A DNA stretch of 64,000 nucleotides, from positions 270,323-334,322 of the forward strand of contig NJBG01000001.1 in the NCBI GenBank assembly GCA_005222965.1. The letters run 5' to 3'. Below are positions 8,272 to 19,618 of the stretch, piece after piece (positions within the stretch are counted from its first letter, which is position 1; each line of letters starts with the position of its first letter). Origin of the DNA: Candidatus Woesearchaeota archaeon B3_Woes. GTDB taxonomy: Archaea; Nanobdellota; Nanobdellia; Woesearchaeales; B3-WOES. Made by a program: the position numbers and the translations under genes. The notes under the pieces are model-generated. The model was given only the letters and a program-made list of their open reading frames with translations. It searched no databases and was not told the DNA's origin.

Positions 8272-11200
8272 AGAAGTCAAACGCTAAAATAAGAATTGTA
8301 CCGATTTTCCTAATAATTGCAGTTCTTCTATCACTAACTATCTCCTCTGAATTAAATAGAGAAATAACCATAAAACTTGAATTTAGTAATTCAACAAATT
8401 ATGATTTAGATAATGATGGTATAGAAACAACAAGAGGGGTTGTAGATTTAACAGTTGAAAACACAGAATTTAATTGGAATGTCGATCAAACAAAACTTTT
8501 AACAAAATGGACAATTACTAATGAAGATACTTTAACTACCACTGATATTTGCTATGGAAACGAACAAGGATGTGCATTTATTGATTTAGTAAGTTCATCA
8601 AAAAAATGGAATGATTTATTCTATGTAAACTATGGTAAAGATGGTGCTGGTTACAATAATATAGTATCAACTAAAATCATTTATTATGATGTTGATATAT
8701 CTACTAACCTAGTAGAAATCTATAATTCAAAAGAAGTTGAAAAAGATGTTAAATTTTATGAAGATGTTTCTACTTCATTATCTGACTTAAAAGTTATTGT
8801 TAAAGATAAACAAAAAAGAAGTATTGGACATCACAAAATCACAAAAAACAAAGGGGATTATGATTTAGTAATATCTAACAAAAAACCATCATTAGGACTA
8901 AGAACAGCTTCATCAACACAAGAAACATCTTTAAAACCAGAATCAAAAGTTAAAATAAACAAAATAAGAAAGATAGAAAATGTAGAAGCTATAATAGACG
9001 ATCCATCTGAAAAAGAGATTACAACAGATATAATAGCAATTAATGCTTATACTTTAGAATTTGAAAATGCAGAAATAACCCTAGCAAAACAAAGTGATGT
9101 TAGTGTAATTATGCGTTGTGAAAACTTTGACTTTGAAAATTCTGTTTGTGAAGATTGGCAGCCAACAAACATTCAATTTACAGATGATGGAGATGTAATT
9201 AGATTTAATGTTACTGGATTTAGTGCTTATGGTGGAGGAAATATAACAATCTTAAATGTTCATAGCTACCCTCCGTTATATGGAAACTGGACTGTTAGGT
9301 TTAACACAACAGGTAAAGCAGACTTAACAATCAGAGCTGTAAACGGAACAACCTGGACCAACATATACGATGTTGGTTCTGGTTATGATCTTAAATTCCT
9401 AGAATTCAAATGCGGAGATGAAATATTAAATTATGACTGGGTAAATGATTCAATAGTTATTCAAAATTATTCTTGTCCTGAACTTAGTTATGAAACCCAA
9501 AAAGAATTAACAACAGGAGAACATATATTAGAATTTACATATGGCAACCAAAAAGCTTTTGCTTATAATAATGTTTCAGAAGTAAGTTTTACTCCTGCGT
9601 CTGATGTTTATATTGGTGAGGCTCTTCAAGTTGATTATCAAGGAGATGATGAGTGTGCAGATGTAACTCTAGATCCTGAAGGAGCGTGTGCTGCCGACCC
9701 TGTTAGTGCTTGTACTGTCGCTCTAGTTACAACTCCTGATCTCCTTCCTGGTGTGTGTACTGTTATATATTATGATACAGATGACTCGGGTAGCGAATCA
9801 ATTAGTATTGGAAGAAGGGTGATGACGCTTACAGCAGGTTCTAATCCTCTTGAATTGGGTTCTTCTACTACTGTAACTACAGCAGATCCTGATGCTTATT
9901 GTGTATGGTCAGATTCAAATTGTACTACGCCCACTGTTCTTAGTAATTATCCAACAGATGGTACTTGTACTTGGACCATAACAGCAAACCAAGTTGAATT
10001 GGATACTTGCAGTATTAATGTTAGTGATTATTATGATTATGCTGCTAATGATTCTTTCATACTTCAAATTAGAGATACAACATCACCATTAAACGATATG
10101 TCAATAAATGCTTATGATACTCCAGGAGATCAATGGGAAGACGGAATAACTATAAATTGGAATTTATCATCTTCTTCTGATGTTTATAATTATATTCTTA
10201 GAATATCTAATGGTTCTGCATCAAATGGTATGGAGATTTTAAACACAACAGATACTTCTCAAACTAGTTTTACTAACCTTGTTAATCGTACTAATAGGAC
10301 TGAAGTAAATTATTATTATAGTATCCAGGCTTGTGATATTTATAGTAATTGTAATACTGAATTATGGACAGGTCCAGTTAATATAAACGCACAACCAATT
10401 CAAAACTTAACAAAAATAACAAATATGGCTGGAAATAACACACAAGAAAAAGAAGATAGTATAACAACAGATATAGCAGGGAACACATCAGATACGTGTG
10501 ATGAGGACGCTTTAACAAAAATAACACAACCTTTATACCAATGGTGCGCTCCAGATGAATATAAGATATGTATAGATGCTTTTAGTAATGTAACAGATAA
10601 TTATTCAAGAACTATTACATGTAATATAGCTGAAGTTAATACTACAACATCAAATGATCTAAAATGTGTTGGAATAGCTTATGACAGAGATCTTGAAGAA
10701 GTAACAATGGATTATAATATTACTATTCTTGAAACTTATGCAAGAGGGAGTACTTCTTTTTTAAGTGGTACAGCTACGGATTGTATTTACCATTCTGAAG
10801 ATGTGTTTGGATGGCAGAATAGGTATGATTTACCAGCTGGATCTACTTACTGTTTTGTAGATATTCCTTCTAGTGACACGAGTAAAGGAGATAAAATTAT
10901 TTGTACTATGACCCCTTATGATACAAAAGAATATGGAGATAGTATGCACAGCAATACTACTTATGTAAGAAACACAGCACCATCTTCATATGCAGGAGAT
11001 ATAACACCTTCTGCTCCAAATGAATCTTCTACACTCACTTGTAATTATATCTTTACAGATATTGATACTGATGAAGAAAATGTTTCTGAAGCACAATACG
11101 AATGGTGGATACAAAATGAGGGAGATCCACTTAATGACTTTATAAAAATACCTGACCCATATAATGAATCAACTCTATCATCAATATTTGATAAAGATGA

Positions 11201-14200
11201 TATTATAAAGTGTTCAGTAAAAGTAAAAGATATAGATGAGGGTTGGCTTAACAGACCATTATTTGATGACCATTATGTCAATTCATCATCAACAGTCACA
11301 ATAATAGACAACGCAAAACCACAAATAATAGATTTTAATGATACTTCTAATATAACAATTCCAACAACATTAGGAGAAATTGTACAATTTGATGTAAAAT
11401 GGGTTGATTATGAAGACCCAGGAGAAAGCGCACAGATGTATGTATGTGATAGTACAATAGATCAACAATCAATGGGTGTTATCGGAACAACTAATTATAC
11501 AATGATAGGATGGAATAATCTAAATAACAGTATGGCGAATATGACTTATTACGCTAACTCATCAGGAGATTATGTTGAAACAATAGCAATAAGACCAGAT
11601 AGTTTTACTAACGCTACTGATGGAGACAGGAATGCAAAGGGCTCTACATGGGGAGATACAACAGATTATGTATATGATTTATATGCTTTTGAAGTAGATG
11701 AAATAGGAGATAGAATTAATACTAGTGGTCAAGGTGCTTTACAACCAATTGCTGAAGATCATAATAACGCATTTGTAATGGGAAGTTATAATTATATTAA
11801 ACTACAATATAATTCACAACCATTGCCAAATAAAATAATAGCTATTTTAATGTGTATTGATCCTGATGATACTAACAATTTATATTGTGAGGGGAGTAGT
11901 AGTAATTTGCAATCTTTACAGATTAATGCTACTTCAGCGACTACTAGTGATTATTATATAAATGTTAGTAATGGTACAGGTGGGACTGGAAATATAGGTA
12001 AGTTATACAAAGAGGCAGATATAAAAATAAATTATAAATCAGTTTCTAATGGAAGTACAAGTAACACTGGTTGTGTAGGTACTGAATATTGTCATACAGA
12101 TCTTTCAACTGATAATACAGTCTCATGTAATTATACCACGTTAGAAACAGATTCTAATGGATCTAATACTTATTATACAAAAGCATGTGATGATGGGGAT
12201 GCTTGTTCTGTTTATAGACAAGGAACCTTCTTTGTAAATGAAAAACCTGAAATGAATTGGACAAATTTAACAACAACAGATAACACAGAATACTTTAACT
12301 TCACAAATGATGCACATCTTAATTGTTCATATGACTGGGCATATGATGAATGGAAGAAGAATTCGAGGTTTAACTTTACATTTAAATGGTATTTAAATAG
12401 AGGAGGAGTCTTTACTCTCTATAATACTCTGTCTAATCAATCAAACTTAACTAGTGGAAACACACAAGAAGGAGATCAGTGGATTTGTGAAGTTACACCA
12501 AATGATGGGTTTGTTGATGGAATACCAAAGAATTCTAGTATTAGATCAATTGGAGGAAGTGGTTCTCAAGGAGATGGAACTCCAGAAATATTAAGTGTAA
12601 TAGATAATTCAAATTTGACTAATCCTACTACTGCTGGAGAGAATATAACATTTGAAATAACATGGACTGATTCAAATTCATCACAGATTTATGTATATAT
12701 TTGTAATTCAACAGGTGTAAGTGTAACAGGATGTACTGATGCTTTTTATTGGAAAGAGATACATACACTTACTTCAGATAATCCAGTTAATGTAACTTTT
12801 GTAGCAAACGAAAGTTGGAGTACAACACCACAACCAAATCAAACAGCAAATATCTATATTTATGATGAGACTTGGTTAGCTTCTCCAGTTTATAAGGAAA
12901 ACTTTACAATAAATATTAAGCCTGAAATGAATTGGACAAATTTAACACCAGAAGCACGTAATGATTCTGAGTCTATAATTGATAGTGATTATCTCAATTG
13001 TACATATGAAAGAGCGTATGATATATGGAATGGGTCAGCATTCACATTTACATATAAATGGTATTATAATAGAACAGGTTCATTTGAATTATTTAATATA
13101 CCATCAGAAACATCTATAATAGCATCTAACAACACTCAAAATGGTGATCAATGGATTTGTGAAGTTACACCAAATGATGGGTTTGTTGATGGAACATCAA
13201 TGAATTCTTCAACTAGGTCTATTGGCACTAGTATTGGTAGAACAGATGGAATTCCAGAAATTATAAATATAATAGACAATTCAAATACAAGCTATCCTAC
13301 TCAAAATGGGTCTAGTATAACATTTGAGATAAATTGGACAGATTCAAATTCATCAACACTTAATGGAGTTTATATATGTAACTCAACAGATGTTAACCCA
13401 TCAGGATGTCTTGGTTATGAATTTGGAAGAGCAACAAATACTTCAGATAATCCATTATCTATTACATTCACATATAATCAAAGTGTTAATACAACTTATG
13501 TTTATATTTATGATAATACAAATATAAACTCCTCAGTTTATACAGAGAATTTTACAATAAACTATCCACCAGAATTAAATTGGGTAAATTTAACAACAAC
13601 AAACAACACAGGCGGAGGATTCCTTAATTTCACAGATGATGCTAATCTTAATTGTACACATAATGCTTCAAGTGATTCATTGACAAATGGAAGTATTGAC
13701 TATACTTATAAATGGTATAGAGATAGAACAGGAACTTTTACATTTTTTAGTACTCCATCTACTCAACAAGTGGTAAGTAATGGTGAAACAGAACCAGGAG
13801 ACCAATGGATTTGTGAAGTTACACCAAATGATGGATTTATTGATGGAACACCAACAAACTCTAGCTCTAGAATTATAGAAGGTAGTACGTCAACAGATGG
13901 GATTCCAGATATTACAAATGTTATAGATAATTCAAACTATTCAGATCCAACTACTGAAGGAGCTAGTATAAACTTCCAGATATATTGGACAGATTCAAAT
14001 TCATCAATCCTTAATAATGTATTTATTTGTAATACATCGGATGTTAATCCAACAGGGTGTCTTGGTTATAAATTTGGAGAAGCAACATCAACTTCATCTA
14101 ATCCAGTATCTATTACATTTATTGCAAATGAAAGTTGGGAGACAAACCAATCAACTTATATATACCTTTATGATGATACAGGTATAAATTCTTCAGTTTA

Positions 14201-17200
14201 TAAGGAAAACTTTTCAGTAAATCACAGACCTAATGCAACAATTTCAGTAGATTATATAAGTTCAAGTTCATTACAATGTAAAATATCCGCTTTTGTAGAT
14301 GAGGATGGGGATGATATAAATAATAGTCTTAGTGAATTTAGATGGTGGCTAAATGATACTTTACAAGCTACAACAACTGAAAATCTAACATATGTAGAGA
14401 TTCCAGAGAATACATTCAAATGTGCTGCTAGAATTTATGATAATCGTAGTTTATCATCATTAGATTATATTGAATCAATTGATTTCTATGGAACAGATAT
14501 CATAATAGCCCCAATTGTACAAAGTCTTCCAGAAGCAGTTTCATCAATACCAATATACATAACAGGTTATATAAATAAAAGTAATAAAAATTTGAATACA
14601 ACAGCAATTGCATTACAAGAGTATGGAGCACCTTTTGTTACTACAACAAATAGTTTAACAGGCAATTCAACACTTAATGGAAGTACTATATCTGCTGATA
14701 ATTTTGCTGCTGGACTTAATTATACAGCTGTTTATGATGGAGAAGAATCTATTTTTAGTGCAAATCACTACATACGATTTGCAAATCATGATAGGCACTC
14801 TTTCCTTAGATACAATATAACAAGCAAGGTGGATTTATTTGGAAAATGGAAAATAAATTTAAATGAAAGCTTAACATCATCAGTATCAAAATTTGAAGAA
14901 ATATATGTATATAATAGTTCAAAACCAACAGGGTGGTTCAATATATCATTAAATTTATTCCAAGGAGACAATGAAATAAAAGTAAAAGGGTATGAAAATG
15001 TTTCACAAAATGTTACACTAACAGGTATAGCAACAACATTTAATATATACTTTGATAATCAAACACCTCAAATAAATATATCTCTTATACAATTATCATC
15101 AAATGATAACATACATACAATAAATTTCAGAGTAACAGACGACTTTAAAATAAATCTTTCAACATTGCTTCTTAATATAACAAATGGAACATATAATGTG
15201 ACTCATAGGTATGATTCATTAATATACTATAACGAATCATGGAATTGGGGTAATAATATAAATTGTAGTGGAAACAACACCCTCAAAGACTGTAATGTAA
15301 CATTAAATCTAGAAGATGGAAATTACACTATGACTCTTTCAGTAAATGACTCAGTAAATAATCAAAATATTACTACAATAACAACATACTTAATTGATTC
15401 AACTAAACCAACAGCTCCATCTGTTTATGCAAAGGCAATACAAAATTCAACAAACCTTTCATTAGTTTGGAAAAGTCCATCTAGTAACATGGTATCTGCT
15501 CAATACTCTGTTGGAACAGACAAATATCCTAACAGTGGATGGTATTCAGTAATTAATTGGACAAACGTATCAGAAAACACATCTTATAAGATGATTGACT
15601 CAAATAATAATAATTATCATGATGATAATGAAACCATTATAATTTCAGCAGATTATAATTTAAGTAGTGATGATATTGTCAATAGAACCGGTTATGCTGC
15701 TTTAAATAATTTCTTAAATGGAACTGAAATGTTTAATGATTCAAATAATAATCATCTTTTTGAGAGTAATGATTGGATTGTTTATGACAGTGATAGTGAT
15801 GGTATCTATAATAACGTAAGTGATACAATTCTTTATGGAAATAATTCTCTTCCAAATGGATCTACTCTTTTAAATTTCACAATTAATATTACATATTCTG
15901 ATGAGAACCAAGATAGTAATTATAGTGTTGGTGAAGCAATTGTTATGGACAATAACACAAACTTAGAATTAGATGTTGGTCTATTAAATGGTTCAGGAAA
16001 CGACACAGTTATTGTAAATGGTACAGCAGATATGTTTAATCCATTAAAAACAGTTAATTTGAGTTTAATAAATCATAATTTCTATTATGTAAATGTTCGT
16101 TATAAGAATGATGAAAATCTTTTCTATAGTTTAGTTGGATCTTCGCTTATAATTAAATATAAAACAACAACAAGTGGCACAACAGAACAACAAGACAACT
16201 ACACTGGTCCTTCCGCTGTGATTGTATATGCTACTGCACAATCTGCTACAAGAAACCTAACTGCTAATTGGACAGAAAGCATAGATGATAGATATAATAT
16301 TTCATACTATCAATATTCTATTGGTACAGCAAAATACCCTTCTTCTGGTTGGAATTCAATAGTTACATGGACAAATAATAGTGTAAACAGAACAGCAACT
16401 TACAATAGCAGCGAATATACAGACGGAACATATTATTACTGGAATATTAAAGCCATTAATGAGATTGGCAACGAAAGTAATGTAAATTCTAGTGAAGGTA
16501 CTCTTTTCCACGATCAAATTCCACCAATTTTAACTTTACTACAGGTAGCAAATGACACAAATGGTTCAGATGGGTGGTTAGATAATTTAAATGATAATTC
16601 AACAGAAATAAGAGTACAAGGCGACGAAAATATGACTTGTTTTGTGTCACCATATGATAAATGGTATACTGATTATAACTCTGATGATGATGTGTGGTGT
16701 GCGCCAAATTCATCAATCAATATGACTTGTAATATAACAGACGTAAACGTTGCTGAAGTAGATAATTATACTTATCATATTGTATGTAAAGATAATTTAG
16801 ACCTTCCAAATGGACATAATACATCACAAAACCTAGATGTAACATTTGAAGTAGATTGGCCTACTTCACCAGAAGTAAGAAATCTAACAGTATGGATGTA
16901 CTATCCAAATATGACTCTAAGAGGAAATGCAAAAAATCTTTCAAATACCACATACACTAATGAGATTTTAAAATGTAATAGTACTTATTATGATCAAGAC
17001 GGAGATAATTTAACTAATGAAACCTGGGCATGGGCAATCAATGGTACTGTCTATATAGATAATGCAAACACATCTCAATTAAATTTAAGTGTAAATGGTT
17101 CAAAAGGGGACAACATAACATGTTTCTATAATGTAACAGATTCTTCTAATATGACCTCAATAACATATAATTATACAGTTTACATAAATAATACTAAACC

Positions 17201-19583
17201 AACAGTGGATACTCCTTTAATAAACTCTAGTGCTTCAGAAAACAGAAGCAATGAAAGTTTAAATTGTTATGTACAATCAGCATCAGATGATGATAATGAC
17301 ACTCTAAATTACACATATAAATGGTATAAAAACAATATATTAAATACAACAACAGATAACACAAATATATCATATGGTGTTTTGGGTTCTGGAAACACCT
17401 CAAAAGGAGAAAATTGGACATGTAGTGTGATACCTTATGATGGAGAAGAAAATGGTACAGCCAAGAACAGCACACAATTAACAATTGTAAATACTGGACC
17501 AGAATTTAGCGCAACAATAAGTAATATTTCGTGGTCTAAAAATACAGATTATACAATGGACCTAGATAATTATTTCTCAGATATTGATAGTGAGAATTTA
17601 ACATATAATTATACTAGTGTTACAAGTATAACTGTAACCATAAATCAAATCACAAACGTTGTTACACTTACACCAGATAATAACTTTGTAGGAATTAAAT
17701 CTATAAGATTTAATGCTACTGATGGAGAATATTGGACTGGTTACAGTAATCTTGTTACTTTAAACGTAACAAATAGTACTATTAATATTACTCTAAATAG
17801 TCCAGTAAATTATTATAATTCATCAGCTGCTTCGATTAATTTCAACTGTTCAGCTAACATTATTAGTGGAGATAATAATTTAACAAATATAACATTAAAT
17901 ATATGGAATTCATCTGGATTATATTATACAGATACAAATACTTCAATTGGTGCAAATTCAGGAAATTCAACTAACAGTACATTTAATGCTACAATATCAT
18001 CAGATGGAGATTACACATGGAACTGCCAAGCGTGTGACAATGGAAGCGAATGTACATCTGATGAAGAGAGTTATCAATTTACAATGGATACAACATATTC
18101 AATAATAACTTTCTCAAGTGGAACAGAAAACAACTTTACAAACGTTTCAAGAACATGGATTTATGCAGATGTAAATGTAACTGAATTAAATGAAAAGAAT
18201 ATAACATTTAGTTTGTATAATGATACATCTGGTTTAATATTGGATAACACAAGTTATACAACAGCGCAAAGATCTATAAATTGGACAGGATTATCAAATG
18301 GAAGTTATAGTTATAATGTTACTGTATGTGATTATGTTGATTATTGTAATACAACAGAAACCAGATTAATTATTTTAGATACGACTCCACCAGACGAAAT
18401 TACAGGATTGGTAAATACAACACCAACTGAATCATCAATAAATTTAAGTTGGGCTGCTGCAACAGATAGTGGTTCTGGTGTTGCAAAATATCTTGTTTAT
18501 AGGAATGATACAAACATTATTAATACAACTGTAACAACATATAATGATACAACTGTAAATAGTTCAAGTACTTATATATATAACGTATCTGCTATGGATT
18601 ACGCAGGAAATGAAGGTTTACTAGATAATATAACCGCGAACACATCAGCAGATGTTACAGCACCAGTCATAAGTAATATTGCAAATAGCTCTATAACAAC
18701 ATCTGGAGCAACAATCACTTGGTCAACTGATGATTATGCTAATTCCACTGTTTATTATGGAACCAATAGTTCAAATTTAGATTCAACAAGTGGTAGTTCA
18801 ACTCTAACAAAATCTCATTCAATAACGTTAGGATTAGACCCAGGTACAACATATTACTACCAAGTTAATTCATCTAATAGAGAAGGTTGGGCAACAAATT
18901 CTACAATATATAGCTTTACAACAGCATCTAGTGGAGGATCATCCACAGGAGGGGGAGGTGGGGGAGGAACCACCACTATAATTACTTCTTCAGTCGAAGA
19001 AGGAGTAGAAGAACCAAAACCATTAGAAGTAATATATTTACCAAAAACTCCCAAAGAAGAAGAGAAAAAATCTCCACCTAAAAAACCAACACCAAAGCCA
19101 AAAGTTAAAGAAGATATCCCTCCAGAAAAAGAAGGAGATTTACTTACATATGCTATATCAGCGTTCATAACAATTGCATTAATTGGTGGATTGTTTATGA
19201 AAGAGAGAATGAGAATTAACTACATGAACAACCAACCAGAACTAAAACTGCAAGGTTTCATAAAGAAAGCGAAAACAAAAGGATATAAAATAGATGACAT
19301 AAGAAAAATCCTTGTTTCAAAAGGATGGCCTTCACACTTAGTTGACACAGCAGCATTACATGATCCAATATCTGGGCTATTGAAAAAAGGACACAACCAC
19401 ACAATGATAAGAGAAGTACTAAAAAGCAAAGGATTTAGTCAGAAAATAATCGATAATGCAATACTACATAACCACATAAACAAGGAACTTAGGAAGAGAA
19501 GAAGCGTAAAAAGCATAAGAAATGAATTACTCAAAGCAGGATGGACTAAAAAAATAATAGATAAAAAACTTCCTGCTAAATAG
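8268..19583 (+). CDS. Giant (3771 aa) cell-surface glycoprotein with Ig/Fn3-like repeats, C-terminal TM and cytoplasmic tail
   Basis: Signal peptide; very many N-x-S/T sequons; repeated LxC...(F/Y)xWY...GDxWxCxVTPxDG modules; Fn3-like modules; Gly/Pro linker, TM helix and GW/GF helical repeats. Confidence 0.88.
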   Translation: MKKSNAKIRIVPIFLIIAVLLSLTISSELNREITIKLEFSNSTNYDLDNDGIETTRGVVDLTVENTEFNWNVDQTKLLTKWTITNEDTLTTTDICYGNEQGCAFIDLVSSSKKWNDLFYVNYGKDGAGYNNIVSTKIIYYDVDISTNLVEIYNSKEVEKDVKFYEDVSTSLSDLKVIVKDKQKRSIGHHKITKNKGDYDLVISNKKPSLGLRTASSTQETSLKPESKVKINKIRKIENVEAIIDDPSEKEITTDIIAINAYTLEFENAEITLAKQSDVSVIMRCENFDFENSVCEDWQPTNIQFTDDGDVIRFNVTGFSAYGGGNITILNVHSYPPLYGNWTVRFNTTGKADLTIRAVNGTTWTNIYDVGSGYDLKFLEFKCGDEILNYDWVNDSIVIQNYSCPELSYETQKELTTGEHILEFTYGNQKAFAYNNVSEVSFTPASDVYIGEALQVDYQGDDECADVTLDPEGACAADPVSACTVALVTTPDLLPGVCTVIYYDTDDSGSESISIGRRVMTLTAGSNPLELGSSTTVTTADPDAYCVWSDSNCTTPTVLSNYPTDGTCTWTITANQVELDTCSINVSDYYDYAANDSFILQIRDTTSPLNDMSINAYDTPGDQWEDGITINWNLSSSSDVYNYILRISNGSASNGMEILNTTDTSQTSFTNLVNRTNRTEVNYYYSIQACDIYSNCNTELWTGPVNINAQPIQNLTKITNMAGNNTQEKEDSITTDIAGNTSDTCDEDALTKITQPLYQWCAPDEYKICIDAFSNVTDNYSRTITCNIAEVNTTTSNDLKCVGIAYDRDLEEVTMDYNITILETYARGSTSFLSGTATDCIYHSEDVFGWQNRYDLPAGSTYCFVDIPSSDTSKGDKIICTMTPYDTKEYGDSMHSNTTYVRNTAPSSYAGDITPSAPNESSTLTCNYIFTDIDTDEENVSEAQYEWWIQNEGDPLNDFIKIPDPYNESTLSSIFDKDDIIKCSVKVKDIDEGWLNRPLFDDHYVNSSSTVTIIDNAKPQIIDFNDTSNITIPTTLGEIVQFDVKWVDYEDPGESAQMYVCDSTIDQQSMGVIGTTNYTMIGWNNLNNSMANMTYYANSSGDYVETIAIRPDSFTNATDGDRNAKGSTWGDTTDYVYDLYAFEVDEIGDRINTSGQGALQPIAEDHNNAFVMGSYNYIKLQYNSQPLPNKIIAILMCIDPDDTNNLYCEGSSSNLQSLQINATSATTSDYYINVSNGTGGTGNIGKLYKEADIKINYKSVSNGSTSNTGCVGTEYCHTDLSTDNTVSCNYTTLETDSNGSNTYYTKACDDGDACSVYRQGTFFVNEKPEMNWTNLTTTDNTEYFNFTNDAHLNCSYDWAYDEWKKNSRFNFTFKWYLNRGGVFTLYNTLSNQSNLTSGNTQEGDQWICEVTPNDGFVDGIPKNSSIRSIGGSGSQGDGTPEILSVIDNSNLTNPTTAGENITFEITWTDSNSSQIYVYICNSTGVSVTGCTDAFYWKEIHTLTSDNPVNVTFVANESWSTTPQPNQTANIYIYDETWLASPVYKENFTINIKPEMNWTNLTPEARNDSESIIDSDYLNCTYERAYDIWNGSAFTFTYKWYYNRTGSFELFNIPSETSIIASNNTQNGDQWICEVTPNDGFVDGTSMNSSTRSIGTSIGRTDGIPEIINIIDNSNTSYPTQNGSSITFEINWTDSNSSTLNGVYICNSTDVNPSGCLGYEFGRATNTSDNPLSITFTYNQSVNTTYVYIYDNTNINSSVYTENFTINYPPELNWVNLTTTNNTGGGFLNFTDDANLNCTHNASSDSLTNGSIDYTYKWYRDRTGTFTFFSTPSTQQVVSNGETEPGDQWICEVTPNDGFIDGTPTNSSSRIIEGSTSTDGIPDITNVIDNSNYSDPTTEGASINFQIYWTDSNSSILNNVFICNTSDVNPTGCLGYKFGEATSTSSNPVSITFIANESWETNQSTYIYLYDDTGINSSVYKENFSVNHRPNATISVDYISSSSLQCKISAFVDEDGDDINNSLSEFRWWLNDTLQATTTENLTYVEIPENTFKCAARIYDNRSLSSLDYIESIDFYGTDIIIAPIVQSLPEAVSSIPIYITGYINKSNKNLNTTAIALQEYGAPFVTTTNSLTGNSTLNGSTISADNFAAGLNYTAVYDGEESIFSANHYIRFANHDRHSFLRYNITSKVDLFGKWKINLNESLTSSVSKFEEIYVYNSSKPTGWFNISLNLFQGDNEIKVKGYENVSQNVTLTGIATTFNIYFDNQTPQINISLIQLSSNDNIHTINFRVTDDFKINLSTLLLNITNGTYNVTHRYDSLIYYNESWNWGNNINCSGNNTLKDCNVTLNLEDGNYTMTLSVNDSVNNQNITTITTYLIDSTKPTAPSVYAKAIQNSTNLSLVWKSPSSNMVSAQYSVGTDKYPNSGWYSVINWTNVSENTSYKMIDSNNNNYHDDNETIIISADYNLSSDDIVNRTGYAALNNFLNGTEMFNDSNNNHLFESNDWIVYDSDSDGIYNNVSDTILYGNNSLPNGSTLLNFTINITYSDENQDSNYSVGEAIVMDNNTNLELDVGLLNGSGNDTVIVNGTADMFNPLKTVNLSLINHNFYYVNVRYKNDENLFYSLVGSSLIIKYKTTTSGTTEQQDNYTGPSAVIVYATAQSATRNLTANWTESIDDRYNISYYQYSIGTAKYPSSGWNSIVTWTNNSVNRTATYNSSEYTDGTYYYWNIKAINEIGNESNVNSSEGTLFHDQIPPILTLLQVANDTNGSDGWLDNLNDNSTEIRVQGDENMTCFVSPYDKWYTDYNSDDDVWCAPNSSINMTCNITDVNVAEVDNYTYHIVCKDNLDLPNGHNTSQNLDVTFEVDWPTSPEVRNLTVWMYYPNMTLRGNAKNLSNTTYTNEILKCNSTYYDQDGDNLTNETWAWAINGTVYIDNANTSQLNLSVNGSKGDNITCFYNVTDSSNMTSITYNYTVYINNTKPTVDTPLINSSASENRSNESLNCYVQSASDDDNDTLNYTYKWYKNNILNTTTDNTNISYGVLGSGNTSKGENWTCSVIPYDGEENGTAKNSTQLTIVNTGPEFSATISNISWSKNTDYTMDLDNYFSDIDSENLTYNYTSVTSITVTINQITNVVTLTPDNNFVGIKSIRFNATDGEYWTGYSNLVTLNVTNSTINITLNSPVNYYNSSAASINFNCSANIISGDNNLTNITLNIWNSSGLYYTDTNTSIGANSGNSTNSTFNATISSDGDYTWNCQACDNGSECTSDEESYQFTMDTTYSIITFSSGTENNFTNVSRTWIYADVNVTELNEKNITFSLYNDTSGLILDNTSYTTAQRSINWTGLSNGSYSYNVTVCDYVDYCNTTETRLIILDTTPPDEITGLVNTTPTESSINLSWAAATDSGSGVAKYLVYRNDTNIINTTVTTYNDTTVNSSSTYIYNVSAMDYAGNEGLLDNITANTSADVTAPVISNIANSSITTSGATITWSTDDYANSTVYYGTNSSNLDSTSGSSTLTKSHSITLGLDPGTTYYYQVNSSNREGWATNSTIYSFTTASSGGSSTGGGGGGGTTTIITSSVEEGVEEPKPLEVIYLPKTPKEEEKKSPPKKPTPKPKVKEDIPPEKEGDLLTYAISAFITIALIGGLFMKERMRINYMNNQPELKLQGFIKKAKTKGYKIDDIRKILVSKGWPSHLVDTAALHDPISGLLKKGHNHTMIREVLKSKGFSQKIIDNAILHNHINKELRKRRSVKSIRNELLKAGWTKKIIDKKLPAK
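12230..14230 (+). repeat. Three tandem intragenic copies of a two-domain module (spacing ~650-670 bp)
   Basis: tggatttgtgaagttacaccaaatgatgg at ~12480, ~13152 and ~13807; WTDSNSS and YICN motifs in each copy. Confidence 0.85.
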
Positions 19584-19618
19584 ATAGATTTATATTATTT
19601 CTTTTTTTATTTTTCCTT

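Noticed and set aside
12230..14230. Repeats as the template/variable pair of a diversity-generating retroelement
   Set aside because: All copies are in-frame domains, there is no reverse transcriptase in the window, and I saw no adenine-specific mismatch pattern.
18947..18968. G-rich tract as a phase-variation site or G-quadruplex
   Set aside because: It encodes the poly-Gly linker, the runs are interrupted and the frame is intact.
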